Assembly: GCA_964304625.1 (NCBI GenBank)
Contig: OZ199839.1
Coordinates: forward strand, 2,438,058 to 2,502,057
Direction: 5' to 3'
Length of the DNA stretch: 64,000 nt
Source of the DNA: Kudoa neothunni
Taxonomy: Eukaryota; Animalia; Cnidaria
Positions 27,232 to 40,802 of this stretch are shown in pieces (position 1 is the first letter of the stretch; every line of letters begins with the position of its first letter). A program made the position numbers and the translations under genes. Under the pieces are notes generated by a model, which was not told the DNA's origin, did no database searches, and saw nothing but the letters and a program-made list of their open reading frames with translations.

Positions 27232-27810
27232 TACAGTAGGTAACCGATTTTCCGTAACTTCAGCGCGCAATAAAAATAAACCTATTTTAAAAAAATTAAT
27301 TTCATTTATACAATCACCTATTTTTATTGAAACAATATGTTATTTCTAATTTTATTTTTAAATGTGTACGTCGTAATTTTATGATGTTAACCCCATTATT
27401 TCGTCCAGATAATCAATTCCGTCTCTGTCTTATATTTCTCCTGCATGTTTAAACATTTAAATGAATCTTTTGATGATATAAATTCTACCACTTGTTCATC
27501 TTCAGTTTCAAAATTAAAAGATTCAGTAAACAAAGAAGTAAGCTCGTCAATGTGTTTTGATGTAGGCCTAATGAATTCCTCTTGAATAACCTCGGAATTT
27601 CCAGCTTAGAATACTTTATTTGCTAAAATTAACGTTTGATGAACGCTCGCACTTGTTGGTTGCAGGAAACTCATATTTTCTGAAGCAGTTAAATACAATA
27701 TCCTTTGAAACACCGTCCCATGGTTTTTTCGATTAGGAATAATGTTTATAGCGAATAAATAATAAATATACGAGTTATTAAAAAATGCTAAGGTATCGAA
27801 CCGGAATGGA
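27232..27810 (-). mobile_element. pogo/Tigger-like DNA transposon relic
   Basis: TA-CAGTAGG..CGATTTTCCG terminus. The minus strand translates to a broken DDE_1-like tail (NMSFLQPTSASV...EEFI...acidic helix) containing stops. Confidence 0.45.
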
Positions 27811-27985
27811 TCAAAGACACACGAAATACCCTCTAACACACAAACACAAACACGCACACATACATATACAATAAGCACAATGACTATTGTTTTAGAGACA
27901 ATGCCAGATATTTTGGAAAAATTACAAAAATTAATTTATAGCTACCTTCTGGTAATGAAAAATGTAATCAATTGTAGAATTCGAG

Positions 27986-30900
27986 TTATTGTCGGTTGGC
28001 GTCATTTCCGTTGTATGGTGATTGGTTTTGATGAGCATTACCAGGACTTTGATATGATTGTGTTTGAGATTGAGATTGAGAGTAGCCGTGAATTGAGTTA
28101 TCCTCGTTGTAAGAGTAGTTACTATATTGAGGATTCGAAGAGGCCTGCCACACATTGTCATAATTGGATGTTTGCGTATCGTTAATACTAGCAGCAGGAT
28201 TATCATGAACAGGTCCGTAAAAACTGTTGAGTTGATGTTGATGCTGATTGGGAGCAAAAGATTGAGAGCCGAAATTTGTAGGTGGGGCGTTGTTATGGTT
28301 CAATAAAAAACTGGGGTTAGACGAATAAGATAGTCGTGGATCTGTGGAAGAAACATGCTGGCTGGAATAATACATATTAGGTATGGGGAAAGAACTGTTA
28401 TTTGTGTTATGGGTCATATCAAATAGCCCAACTCCCATGGTTTGCAACCACACAGGAGGAACAGGTGGCATATTTGAGACGCTATATGCGATAGAATTTC
28501 GCGAAGAAAATGTATTCTCATCGGTCAACGAAGAAGAGTCTTCCTCGTTATCGTCGCCAGAAGATTCCAAGTAATTTGAGAGTACTTCATCCTCGGGGGT
28601 CGCCAGTAGTAAATGAATTTTCACTTTGAACGTTGCGGACAAATTTTCGGGTCGTCCGTAGAGTTCACGGTTGGTGCCTACAATTAATGACGCTCTCTCT
28701 GCTGCCATGTTTAACAGCTACACCTTGGCCATTACATAAACGTTTTCCACTCCTGATGCTAAGTTTGACATCGCTCTCGGTGGTGTTGTTTAAACGAATC
28801 CTCTGTGCCATCATTATTGGTAAGTATCACAAGTCTACAACACACATAATCATCAACCACCTAGTATGAATAAGGTAAGAGAGTACTTTTCTCGATAAAA
28901 TTCACGTTCTTTAAGAAGTTCATCGATTTCTCGTTTCGAGGCACAATATTGGATCTAAGACAAAAATATTTTATTATTGTCAATCAAATCCATTACGAAT
29001 AATTTCTGTTTTTCATGCTCCAACTCATCAATCTAAATAATACAATTAAATAAGAATATTAATTCACTTGAATAGGTTATTTGGTAGTTACTTTTTTCCG
29101 CAAATGTGTGACTTGACTTTCGTTTTCGGAGATATAATCGTCGAATTTCCGCCTACCAATTTCAAATATAACCAATTTCTACACATGGAACTATTACTGT
29201 ATAACTTCAGAAGGTTGAGAATTTTTTTGGCTTAATTGAATGGTAAGTTCTCTATTTTTCTGTTTGAATTCATCGATTTCTCTATTCCAATATCAATCCA
29301 CATATCATCGAACCACCATCAAAAATAAAAACTTGAAATAACGGTCAGCTTGTTGATTATGAAGTTTTTTAATTGAAGCTATTTCAACTTCTAAAAGTTC
29401 ATTCTTCGCTGTCAACTCAATACAACCATCTTTGGATTGTTTGTATTGTCGAATTAAAATTTTCTTTTTCTCCTACAATCAATTAAACATCATATAAAAT
29501 CATTGTTGAATACCCTTTAAAGAGGAGATTTTTTCATTCAACACAAAATTTTCTTTTTCATATGTAGAACTTCGAACATCAAGTTCATTATATGTTCGAA
29601 GCCACTGTTTAATACATAGATCAATCTACAATTTACTAACAAATACGAAACTAAATACATTATCGAAAAATTTAGTCTTGTTTGATTTGTTGGCGTTATC
29701 CAAAGTGAAAAATGTTGGTAGATCGGTAGAACTTATGTTGTTATCGGCAGGTGGTTCCGTGGTAGTATCATCAGCAATGCTATTGTCAGTCGGGAAAGAA
29801 GCGATTTGTTCTGCTAACAACTACATCGCCAATCGCCAATAGGAATTATTATAAACTACCGCAGTTATTTAACACAAAATTGAACCTTATTAGCGAATAA
29901 CTGATTTTTATATAATTGGTTGGGTTTCTTCTTTTAATAAAGTTTCTTTTTTCAATTTTTCTTTTATTTTTTCACATCTATACAACAATAAAAACATAGA
30001 GATTAGATTTTTTTAGATAATCAATCTAACTCGATTTGGGAGTCATTTTGAGCTTGTGCCATCTAACACAAATAACCTCAGAATTTGTTCAGTTAATACA
30101 AGCAAATAAATACATGATTGATTTGATTTGTTAAATCAGCTTCAATTTGTTTTAGCTCGTTTAGTTGGTCACTGAATTCAGTATTTTTAGCCGAAACTCG
30201 CTTGAGATTTTCTTTTAGATCATTGAGCTAAAATCGCCAAATAATAAATGATTTAAACGTTTGTGTGTGCTCAGAATTGTTATATTAAGGAAGTTTATCA
30301 TTTTTTAATTAGCTACTTTAAAGAATTTAATCTTAGATGAAACATTTACGAAACTAGCGATAAATAAACCAACTAATCTATAAGAGCAAATTACGAATAA
30401 GATAAGTATACTTTTTTATGCTTTGATTCTGCTTCTTTGTTGGCTTTATCGGAATTTTTGCTGAGCACCAAATTTTCTTGATTCAACCGATCAACCAACG
30501 CTTTATAATTGTTAACTTCGGTCTAATGCACACAATTGTGAAACCCAAATAGAAAATGTTAATAGATCACTTCTAAATGATCAACTTGATCCATAGTGAT
30601 AATCTCTCATTGTGTTGGCACTTTCTCGGTGCTGTCGAAAGTCTTCTTTCAATAATTCGTTCTCGTTACACATATTAGAGTGTAAGCCTTTCAGCCACTC
30701 TATTCGATTCCGTTGAACAATATTTGTTACTATGAATGGAAAACACAAAACAATGAGGGTGTTGAATAACCGATGGAGAGAATTTACACTGAACAGCTTC
30801 ACAGATTGGATCAGACTTTTTTGAGGATTGCCGATCGTAACAATATCTTATCACGCAAATGGTGAATTTTATATTTGTGTACAAAATGAATATGTCAATC

Positions 30901-31295
30901 GCAACCAGAACCGAGATTTCATATATCTACAATATCATAGAAAATTCACATAAAATCAATCCACCCCAACCAAACCATCAAAATATATAAAAAACTAATT
31001 ACAGTTAAAGATTGGAATAATTTGTCGAAAAAAATGTCTCCAAATACAAAAAAATCTTCAAAAACTGTCGAAATTCGTTTGTATGAATTTCCAAATGACA
31101 TTCTCAATCTCCAAATATCGTTTACACCGAATCTACACAACCGATACAGACAATGTACAAAAACACACCACATCTCATTGGACTAATGTAATACTTTACT
31201 ATGGCGTTCATTTTTCTGATCAGTGGATGTGAACCTTCGTCTATCGACCCAGCAGATGGGGGGTTGATAGTGGTTACATTAAATACTGTCTCCAT
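27986..31295 (-). CDS. Uncharacterised coiled-coil protein with acidic and S/N/Q-rich low-complexity C-terminus, about 12-14 exons
   Basis: Chain of short GT-AG-bounded exons encoding heptad-rich peptides (LNDLKENLKRVSAKNTEFSDQLNELKQIEADLTNQIN; KREIDELLKEREFYREKY) leading to the final large exon 27986-28720. Family not recognised; two apparent indels. Confidence 0.7.
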
Positions 31296-32243
31296 CCTAC
31301 TGAATAAATCGACGCATGCTCATACGAAATTTTTATTATTTGTTAGGTGTTTATATTTCTCACATTACAGCTATCACAACAATTTTAGTATTTATTTGGT
31401 TATATAAAATTTAATGAGGTCAACAATGATAAAATTACATCGAAAATAGTAAAAATATATTTGAAAATTATCTACTCGCTTAAATGAGATAGTAATATTT
31501 CACAGTAATAAAATCATTCGTAAATGTACGTTAATTTATATATTTAAAGATAAATTATTAACAGTTAAAATTAATTGTTATTATCTACTGGAGGTGGATT
31601 TTGCGATAAAGATGTTTGTTTGTTATTGTGGATCAAAATCACACTTTTTACATCCACAAAGTGAAAACTAATCCATTCCATTATTAAATATTATCAACTA
31701 AATCCAAGAAACAATATTACAGAGGATCGATAGTATTATTCCATCTTATCCATCAGGTGATGAATGATATTGGCAAGTCAGTGGTAACATGTTTAGATTA
31801 GTTAAATTTTATGATATTAAATTTTTATAATCAATCAAGAAAATCATAAAATATCGTCATTAATAAGGATAAATATATGGTTGTGGACAGAAATTATTGT
31901 TTAGAGGATTAACAAACAAACCAACAAACTTGCGCATGCATCCTCGCCATTTTAGTGTATGAGATAGCGCTTCATATTCCAAATCGCACTGTCATAGTGT
32001 TAATGATCAATTTAATTATATCATTCGTTTTAAATTGAAAGCAAATGTCAATGATAAAATAATACTCGAACATTCATAATCAAGTGATGTTAATCTATTA
32101 CTTAATTAAATATTAAAATTAGTTGTTTTACAATTCGCTTGAAGAGTAAAATTGATTTTTATTTACCATTAGAGTTTTTATAAGGTATTTAACTTTAAAA
32201 AAGACACGTTATTTTTATGGTAAAATTTAATTGTACATTAATT

Positions 32244-32255
32244 TGCGCATGCGCA
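32244..32255. promoter_or_regulatory. Perfect NRF1/EWG-type palindrome TGCGCATGCGCA
   Basis: Exact consensus in very AT-rich DNA; no annotated gene next to it. Confidence 0.5.
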
Positions 32256-33967
32256 TTATTTTAAATTCTAACTATTTTTCGCTGTAACTAGTGCGTGAGA
32301 ATAAATATAGTCATAACTAATTTAATGTGAATATCATATGATTATGAATTATGGTTGGGAATAGCATCTGTCAATAAATAAAGATTAGGTTTCGATTAAT
32401 AGATAAGATATAGGAGTAGAATTTATTTTTCTCTACAATACTCATTTTAAAGATTATTAACAGTATAATTCTTTTTTATTTTTGTCGCTTAAATTAACGG
32501 ATTAAAAGATAAAGTCACTGCGGATTTTGGCCGAAAATTTTTTTAAATAACGAAATTATTCATACATCTATTATGGAAAATTAAAAAATATAACTTCAAA
32601 TTCATTACTGTTTTTAAAATTCAACATTAAAAGAAAACAAAAGGGTCGTGTAAATTTGATTAATTCCATCTTGGGTCCACTCACGATGAATTATCGCATT
32701 CTATCTAGAAGGCTCTAATTTGATACTAAAACAATTCCTATACTACTAACACGCTCTATTATTCGGAATGGAGATCATTTTAATGAAGAAATTTATGATT
32801 GTATTATAATTATCGGGTTGTTATCGTCCTATTTGGAAAGTTGATTTTCAAGCTAAGCTAAGCTTATGAATTATATTAACTAATTTATTCAAATGAATGC
32901 CCTATATAATTTTCATATTAATATTTAGGGATGTAGTCATAATCAAATTTCTTCAATTGATTAGTTTACTTCAACATTCTTATCATTATTCATTAAATGA
33001 AAAATTAAATACAAGGTTATATTTTAGTGGGCATAATTAATTATTTCCCTTATTTAATAATTTTTGATTTTTTAACAATACTGTGAATTTAATTTTTCAT
33101 ATTTAAATTAATATTCATAAATAACTGTTTTGTTTAAAATGAGGTAGAAATCTATAAATCTCTTAAAATAATAATTAATAATCTCTTATACATGATACAT
33201 GACTGCAGAGAATTGACATAAGATTATTATTCTTATAATTTACCGTGTTTCACCGAATATAAGACCTAATGATAATTATGAGCTCGTTTATCGCATTACA
33301 CCTAATAAAATACTAAAGATCTGGTTGTTATAAATAAATTATATAATAAAATATCTCGTGAAATGTAGGTTTTATTGACCATTTAATAATACTAAACATT
33401 TTAAAGTTAACACACCCCATTAAGCACGATGATTATTGGATTCGATTGTCATCTTATCGCTAATTTAAGAGAAAAAATATCATACTCACCGAATTAGTGT
33501 TCCCCATCGTATTTCATTTGTTCAAAAATTTGTCGATTAAAAATTTGTTTTAATCCTTTTAAACAAGATAAATAAAGCAAAGAAAGTCACGTATGTTACA
33601 AAGACAATGACCTAATTCCCCCTTTATTAAATCAACAAAAAATTTAAGATTTTTCTCATATTTGTTAAAAAAAAAGTAAATTAATTTAAGAAGTTTTTAT
33701 GAATTCATTTTTTTGGATTTTGAATTAATCGAAATTTTCTCTAAACTCAAAAAATTCGTACACTGCCTCTTTAAAGTATGCCATTATCCAAGACAAATCC
33801 GTTACGTTGTTTTGATTAAATCTCAGACGATTTATAGGTCATAATCGACATCTCCCGCTTGATAAAACCATTAGTATGGACAACAAATATTAAATAATGA
33901 ACATTTAATTAAAACATAATATCATCTATGGATCTTCAATTCCAACTATGAAAAAGCATTTTCCCAA

Positions 33968-34112
33968 ACACACACATATATATATATATATATATAAATA
34001 AATATAAATATATAAATAAATATAAATATATAAATAAATATAAATAAATATATAAATAAATATAAATATATAAATAAATAAATATATATATATATATAAT
34101 ATATATATATAT
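33968..34112. repeat. AT-only micro/minisatellite (TA)n / (TATAAATAAA)n
   Basis: Directly visible; explains the spurious Y/I/L-rich ORFs at 33926-34133. Confidence 0.95.
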
Positions 34113-34999
34113 GATGACATAGTTTAGAATCAAACTACCAGTGTCATTAGATCTGACATATTTTTAATTGTACTGAGTTATCTAATTATTTTACTCAAAC
34201 TTTTATATTTATATTTTTATACATTAATAAATCTAAATTTATTCATATTATCGAATCATAAATTTTAATAAGATATACTTGATTTAAATATTGGAGTACA
34301 ATAAAAATGTTGAAAATATTGTCAATGATCGGTTTTACGCATTTACTTGCGCATAGCGTGTAGTAATATACGTAGCTATTTAATTGCATACATTTAAGAA
34401 AACAAATAATTTTTTTTTCAATAAGAAATAAAAGAATTAGTTGTTTTGGTCACCAAAAATTCGGCAAAATATTTAAATATACGTTCACCCACTGAGATCA
34501 TGATCGGTCAATCTTTTTTGTCAAACTTAGATAATGTTTTAAACTCATTTTAATAAATTCGAAAATGAAGATAATAATCGATTTTTGTCCAATCATTTAA
34601 AAAATTTTATTTATGTTTTTTAAGGTGTCATCGCATCGAGATTGGATATGGAGGATATGTTTGGTGTTTTATAGTAACAAATAAAATTTGGCTGCTTTAG
34701 GGAAAATACTGTGGACGTATTTTATTATTTTATTATTTCATGTTGAATTTGATTTTTATTCATTTCATTAAATTCTTTCGAATATTAAACAAAATTCATC
34801 TATTTTTATAAAAAAACGATCCGAAAAAGTTAGTAAATCAGTGTCACTGACCATATCTAGAAAATGTAAATAATGTATCCCGCTAATTCCGAAGCTACAT
34901 TAAAACGTAGAATGGGAGGAATTAGAGGATTAATTTTTGGCAAGGGTTTGGCGTTAAAAAAATCAAAAATTTAGACATATAATGACATAGTATTTTAAG

Positions 35000-36460
35000 T
35001 GGTAGACGGGCACAATTCACTAGGACCGTTCATGCTTTTAAGTTTGAAATCGAGGTAATCCAGCGCTTCAATTATTCGAAAATGAAGCCAACATGGTGTT
35101 TCGTTAACTCGTTGACGCTTGTAATTTTCTCCCCAACCCCTTCACAAAACTAACTTCGATACTGCCGAACGAAGCCAAATCTAGAACATCCTTATAGTTT
35201 TGTTTGTTACATTTAGTAATCGACGATTTCTTTGAATTTATCCACGTCAAAAATCTTCGAAAAAAATGAATTTTAATTAAACTCGCAAAAATACTTTTAT
35301 GGATGTTTGATCGTTAAGTCGAGTGACATACATGAAATGTTTTCCCTCTATGTAGTTGATAAAGGGTATGTGCACAAATAAAGGAATAGGTGCACATAAT
35401 GTGATGAAAACCATTGAACTTCGACGTTCCACAACAATGCCATTTTTTATTAGATTTTTGCATGAAATCACCTAATAACAAAAATGTATCTAGTTAATAC
35501 ACTTACATGTATCCAAAAAACTTGTTCATTTTGATGAGGACTGTACACAGAAGCCAAATTGAGAGTGTCAGCATCCTCAGTTTGAAGCCCATTCATACAC
35601 AAGATCCTGATAGAATTTTGATAGTATTTCCGATTGTATATCAAGTCATTTTTTCCCTCGCAATAACTGGCACATATCCATGGTCGATGTGTGTCAGATG
35701 TGGTAGATGCTTTGAGCATATATTCTGTAGAGTCTTAATGTTATAGCGTAATTAAAATATATGGATTGAAAATATTACTGGGACTTCCATTTGTGGGTAC
35801 AAGAGTGTAGCTGGGCACTCGATAACTGAAAAATGTCTCTAACGATAAGTACTGTAATGAATTCATCTTTGACCTCCTGTTAAATGTTACCATTTAATTC
35901 TACCTCAATAATACCGGAAATTATTTTTACTTTAATTTTAAGAACGAGCCATCACACTCTAAAAAGAACTATTAATTCGCAACTCATAACATGTTTATTC
36001 ACACTCTATACCTCTTTTTGAGTTGTAGTAGTAATGAAACGGATTTATGCAATAGTAATGATGAAACATTTGATAACTGCATCCACAAATTGGCTCCTGG
36101 AGTCCAACATGCAAGCACATTTTTACTTTGGGGTTATTGAACATGTTATAACTGTACATGTGCATACCCCAGCAGCTATTCATCATTATAGATTCGGTAC
36201 GATCCAGTTTTCGTTCTACCACCATACATGCTTGAATATCTATTAGAGTAAAATCAGATTATTAAACATGGGGGGGGGTAATTGTTGATCGAGTCTACTT
36301 CTTGAGCTAATGCCCTCAATAAATTGACCCACGTCTAAGCATGATGCGATAATTTCCAAATAATTGGAAATTATGCTGTTTTTGGTGATAATTGGAATTG
36401 TCTCGTTACTGGAATTACCATATTGATGATGATACAAATGAGTTTCTTTAAGTTGTGATT
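35000..36460 (-). mobile_element. Probable decayed DNA-transposon coding relic
   Basis: Intron-free higher-GC block with several short broken ORFs on both strands. No intact motif recognised; weak hAT-like ILCMNG. Confidence 0.25.
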
Positions 36461-38425
36461 ATTGTAACCATGATTATCCATTGCAATAAAATAAGCAAAA
36501 TTGTCGGATATAAACACGCTAATTTAAACCTGCTTCTAATACAATTCTGTAAGCGATAACTTTTGAATCTTTTTGATGATTAGATCTTAAATTAATCTAA
36601 GTGTGTTAATAAACAAATACTTAGGGGACCATATGAATGGGTATCTAACGGATAGAAATCACTATTTTTTGGCTTGGTTAATATTCCTTTTGATTCTTGT
36701 TAATTTTTAATTTCAAATCTCACTTGGAAATAAATTTTTGACAAATTTTTGAGTCATATTTTTGATTATAATAAATAGTTGGTAGCAATTTAAGTCGATT
36801 AGACCAGATTGGAGCACTAATTTAAAACAAAGATTACTGCTACCCAACAAATTTATAGTGACAAACCTCACTTAAAAATTAATATTTTATGAATATTTTC
36901 TTAAGGTTACATTCTCCAGTCAATTCAAATATTAATGAGGTGACATTATTAATTTTTAAAACCATTTTTTGCTTTCATCATTTAAGGAATTTCGACATGA
37001 CATCAAAATTGAATTAGGTTTCTTTTCAGGGCACTGGCTATTGACAAGGAAGTTTTTACTCCAAACGGGCAACTACGCTTGCGCAGTGCCAGTTCTTAAT
37101 CCCGGCTACCTCTATTTATAGTCGATCTATAAAATTTCTTTTTTAGAATCTGCTGTATTTTAATTATTTTTCACCCAACGCTGACTAACATATTGCGGTA
37201 ATTTCAATTAAACACATTTAAAAAGCAGTTACATTACTTACGTCTTAAAATTTAGACAATCACTAATACTGTTACTCAAATATATGCACCGAAACGATTA
37301 CTTCTAGTCGTTTATTGTTACAAATAAAATCAGTGAGGGATTCCAATAACTTACCTATTGCTGTTTTTAATTGGATATGTTGATTAACTGTTTACCATTC
37401 ATAAACTCAGATTTAAAATTAATCATCGTCTACAGTCAGGGTAATAAATGAATGATGTCTATTTTTGTTAGAGCATAATAATTCCCCAATTATGCATTAA
37501 CACTGAGTCGGTAATCTCAAAAAAAACTTAACTAATCATTTGTTGATGCGTCATCATTCAAGGATCTGATTGATTATCCAGGGATTTTCAATCAGAACCG
37601 ACTCTTTTGCAACGAAAGTAGACACCTACACAATCCGTGTTGACATCTCAGCATTTAAATGTCTAATATAATTATGACTTATGTACATTTAATTTGTGGA
37701 CTTTATTATTTTATTTCGAAAACCGCTTTACCAATCTGCCAGATATTGTACATTGGAATTAATCCCAACATGAACTGTTGTTTTATTAATACGATTCAAA
37801 TATGCTTGTCATTTTGGCGTACATATCGTTCTCATAAAATACCAAGACTCTGTTCAAATTATTTTACAGATATTTATAACCCAAAATTAGCAGGTATTGG
37901 GAGAGAACCCACAATTACAGTAGGTGACGGCTCGTGGGCACCTGTCATGATTTAATGACTTACACAAGACTGTTACTAATTGAAGTAAATCGAATAAAAG
38001 CATAGCAATTGTAATAAATTATTAAAACCTTAGTTTTTGTTTTAATTCGCTGTAAATAAGAATTAGCTCAAATTTACAACTCATGGGCACTTGAAGAGAA
38101 CCAAGAATTTTCATTCTTTGAAAGATAAAGTGGATATAATGCCATGTTATGAAAGAATATCAAAAGGGGAAAACAGAAAAACTAAATTTCTCAATTGTTA
38201 TATTTAGAGTTGCATCGATATCACATTTTTAAAAACGAATACGAGTACTCCAAATTTCAGTACTCGTCGATACCGATACCCATTCCAACACCATGTTCTA
38301 CACATACCCAAATTTTAAATTTCAATTTTTTTAGACTCTTGTTATATTCTTATGAGATTACGCCAAAATTTTTAGTCATTCAAAAAAAGAGTTTAATTTC
38401 TCTAAAATTGACTGATGTTACTTAA

Positions 38426-40802
38426 CCCATTCCGGGTCCAATATTTAAATTTCCTTAAAATTCAAAATATATGTTTACATAAATCTTTTAATAGCGAAAT
38501 TAAATTATTATTAATTAAAAATTAAATTTTAATAGGAAAATAACAAAATTACCTAAGGGCCGGAAAAGAAAACAAAACCCACCAACGTGATCTTCTAATT
38601 GAACGTTTTGTTGCAGAATGCGCGAAAAATTAACTATTTTATATCGAGAACAGAGTAAACTACTACGGATTATGAAATCTATCGGGTCCTTAACGAATAT
38701 AATTTTGACAATTTTGACAAAAGTAGATAGTCTTCTTTGTATACACAACACATTCTTCGTCTCTTTTTCTCAGCATTAGTACTCTTCATAGGCCGGCTAC
38801 ACAAAGACGTAGCACGAATATTTTCGATGGATTGTTGACGGGTTTGTTTTTTCAGAATTATTTATACTTGCCAAATTGGCTACGATATATCTAATGTGAT
38901 TTAATATTTAAAAAAGCTGATTTTTTGTTTGCTTCTGTAATTAAATATTCTCCATGAATTAACTGCTGCGAGCGAGATCATGTTAGTAAAAAAGAGACCA
39001 ATAACATTTTTTTCGAGCGAATTCTTGTTCTGTAGCAAGATACACAATTGTCTACGGTATCAACACCACCCGTATAGTTGTTGTACATATGACAAATTTG
39101 AGGCTGTTCGATCGATACATAGCGCTTTTTGGTTCTGCAGTAACGTTTCACATGTTGAATTGGTTCAACAATAAGCAAATTACTAACAAAAGTAACAGGG
39201 TTCGTATCATTCCGTTGAATACAGTTGATTTCAGTTATAGAATCTTTGAAATATTCATGGTAGCCTTGGTGGTTTTTATTCATTAATTTCGGAGTCGTCA
39301 AGGGACAGTTCGACGTTCGGTTCATCCTCACTGTTCCAGTAGCAATAACACCCCTTCTTTTCAATTCAACCAATAATTTGTAAGAGGTGGAGAAATTATC
39401 GAAATACACATGGAGCATACTTCTATCCTTTTGCTCGTCGACAAAATTTAACACGATGCTTCCACCTAGGCCAAAATTCTTGTTGTAGATTTTTGTCTTA
39501 CTTGTATATACACTAAAACTGTACACATATCCTTCAGAAGACTCCAAAACCCACTGCTTGAAACCGAAACGGACGGGGTTACCTTTCATATACATTTTGC
39601 GGGAGTGGTGGTCCGTATATGGAACCATCTGTTCATCAGCAGACAAGTTGTCGTGGAAATATCCAAATTTGTTGAAATTTTATAAAATTTCTGATTTATT
39701 GGACTTTTCTTGAAAAATTTATCGTCTTTATCGAGTCTTGAATTATTATTGAAGTGGAGGTGTCGTTTTATCAACTTGAATCTTTGATAGATCATAGACT
39801 TTTTACAATTTCAACCCCAGAATCCATTGTAGTTTCCCAATACGTATGTTTCTGAGATAATCGATTGTAACCGATAATAATAAAATACCAATAAAAGATT
39901 AAGTTCTTTTACAGTTAAATGAAACGTGTGATCATTCTTTTGTCGTGCATAAATATTTTATTTCTTTAACAATATGTAAGAGCAAATTTTCATCCAAAAA
40001 TTATAGGAATGTTTCGTAGGATTCACATCTAGTGGCTGAATCATCGCGTATAATAATAATATATTTATTTTGAGAAACTGTTTGGCATTCAGTGGCAATT
40101 TCAGATGAATCATTAGATTGAGATATTTCACACCATGTAGCACAAACATTATCATTAAATGATTAATTTTCAACATATGAGAAAGTTTCTATTATACCTC
40201 ATATTTCTGGGACGGTTCAAATGCCAGTGTCGTCACAATCTCTTGAAACGAAGGGACCTTCTTCATCAATCAATACATCAAAATTATCTGGAGGTAACGT
40301 CACAAAATCAATTGGGTTCAGAATATCATCGTCATTTTCATTATCATAGACGGTATCAATTAAATTTTTGTACCTTATTATAACGTTGTAAGCACAAGGT
40401 CAAGTAAGAGATTAATTGGAATTTAGCACGTCAATGGGTTTTCGTTCTCTTTTAGGCACCGCGCTGTATTTTTTATATTTGTTACCCGCAATGACGATTC
40501 GATCTAATTTAAAATTATATCATTTATCTAATCTTTCGGAATTATAACTTAGCTTAGAAACTCTAAATTAGCCATTTTTACGAAGTTACTGTCCTATTTT
40601 CTACCCCAGGTATACCATAATTACTATATAATACGTAATCTCAAAAGATATAAATTCATCATTAGATTTTAATCTTTAATTACATTCCTAATGGATAAAT
40701 ACGTGATATATATTTTGAAATAATATTCATCGACGAATTATTACAATTTCTTAGAGAGGCAACAATGAGGAGCCGAAAAGGGGAACGAAATCCCGGAATG
40801 GG
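38426..40802 (-). mobile_element. Full-length piggyBac transposon (2377 bp), TTAA target-site duplication
   Basis: TTAA|CCCATTCCGGG at 38422-38436 and CCCGGAATGGG|TTAA at 40792-40806; internal transposase on the minus strand. Confidence 0.95.
38660..40576 (-). pseudogene. piggyBac (PGBD2/3/4-like, DDE_Tnp_1_7) transposase with frameshifts and stops
   Basis: DEQMVPY..KMYMKGNPVRFGFKQW, YFDNFSTS and YNNYTGGVDTVD catalytic motifs in ORF 38978-39646. The remainder is split across frames; Cys-rich C-terminal remnant present. Confidence 0.9.

Noticed and set aside
33926-34133. Two 64-65 aa ORFs rich in Y/I/L/F
   Set aside because: Translation of an AT microsatellite.
37028-37110. U4 snRNA-like start (gcttgcgcagtgccagt) within a small inverted repeat
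   Set aside because: Similarity stops after about 17 nt; there is no U4 5' stem-loop or 3' domain.
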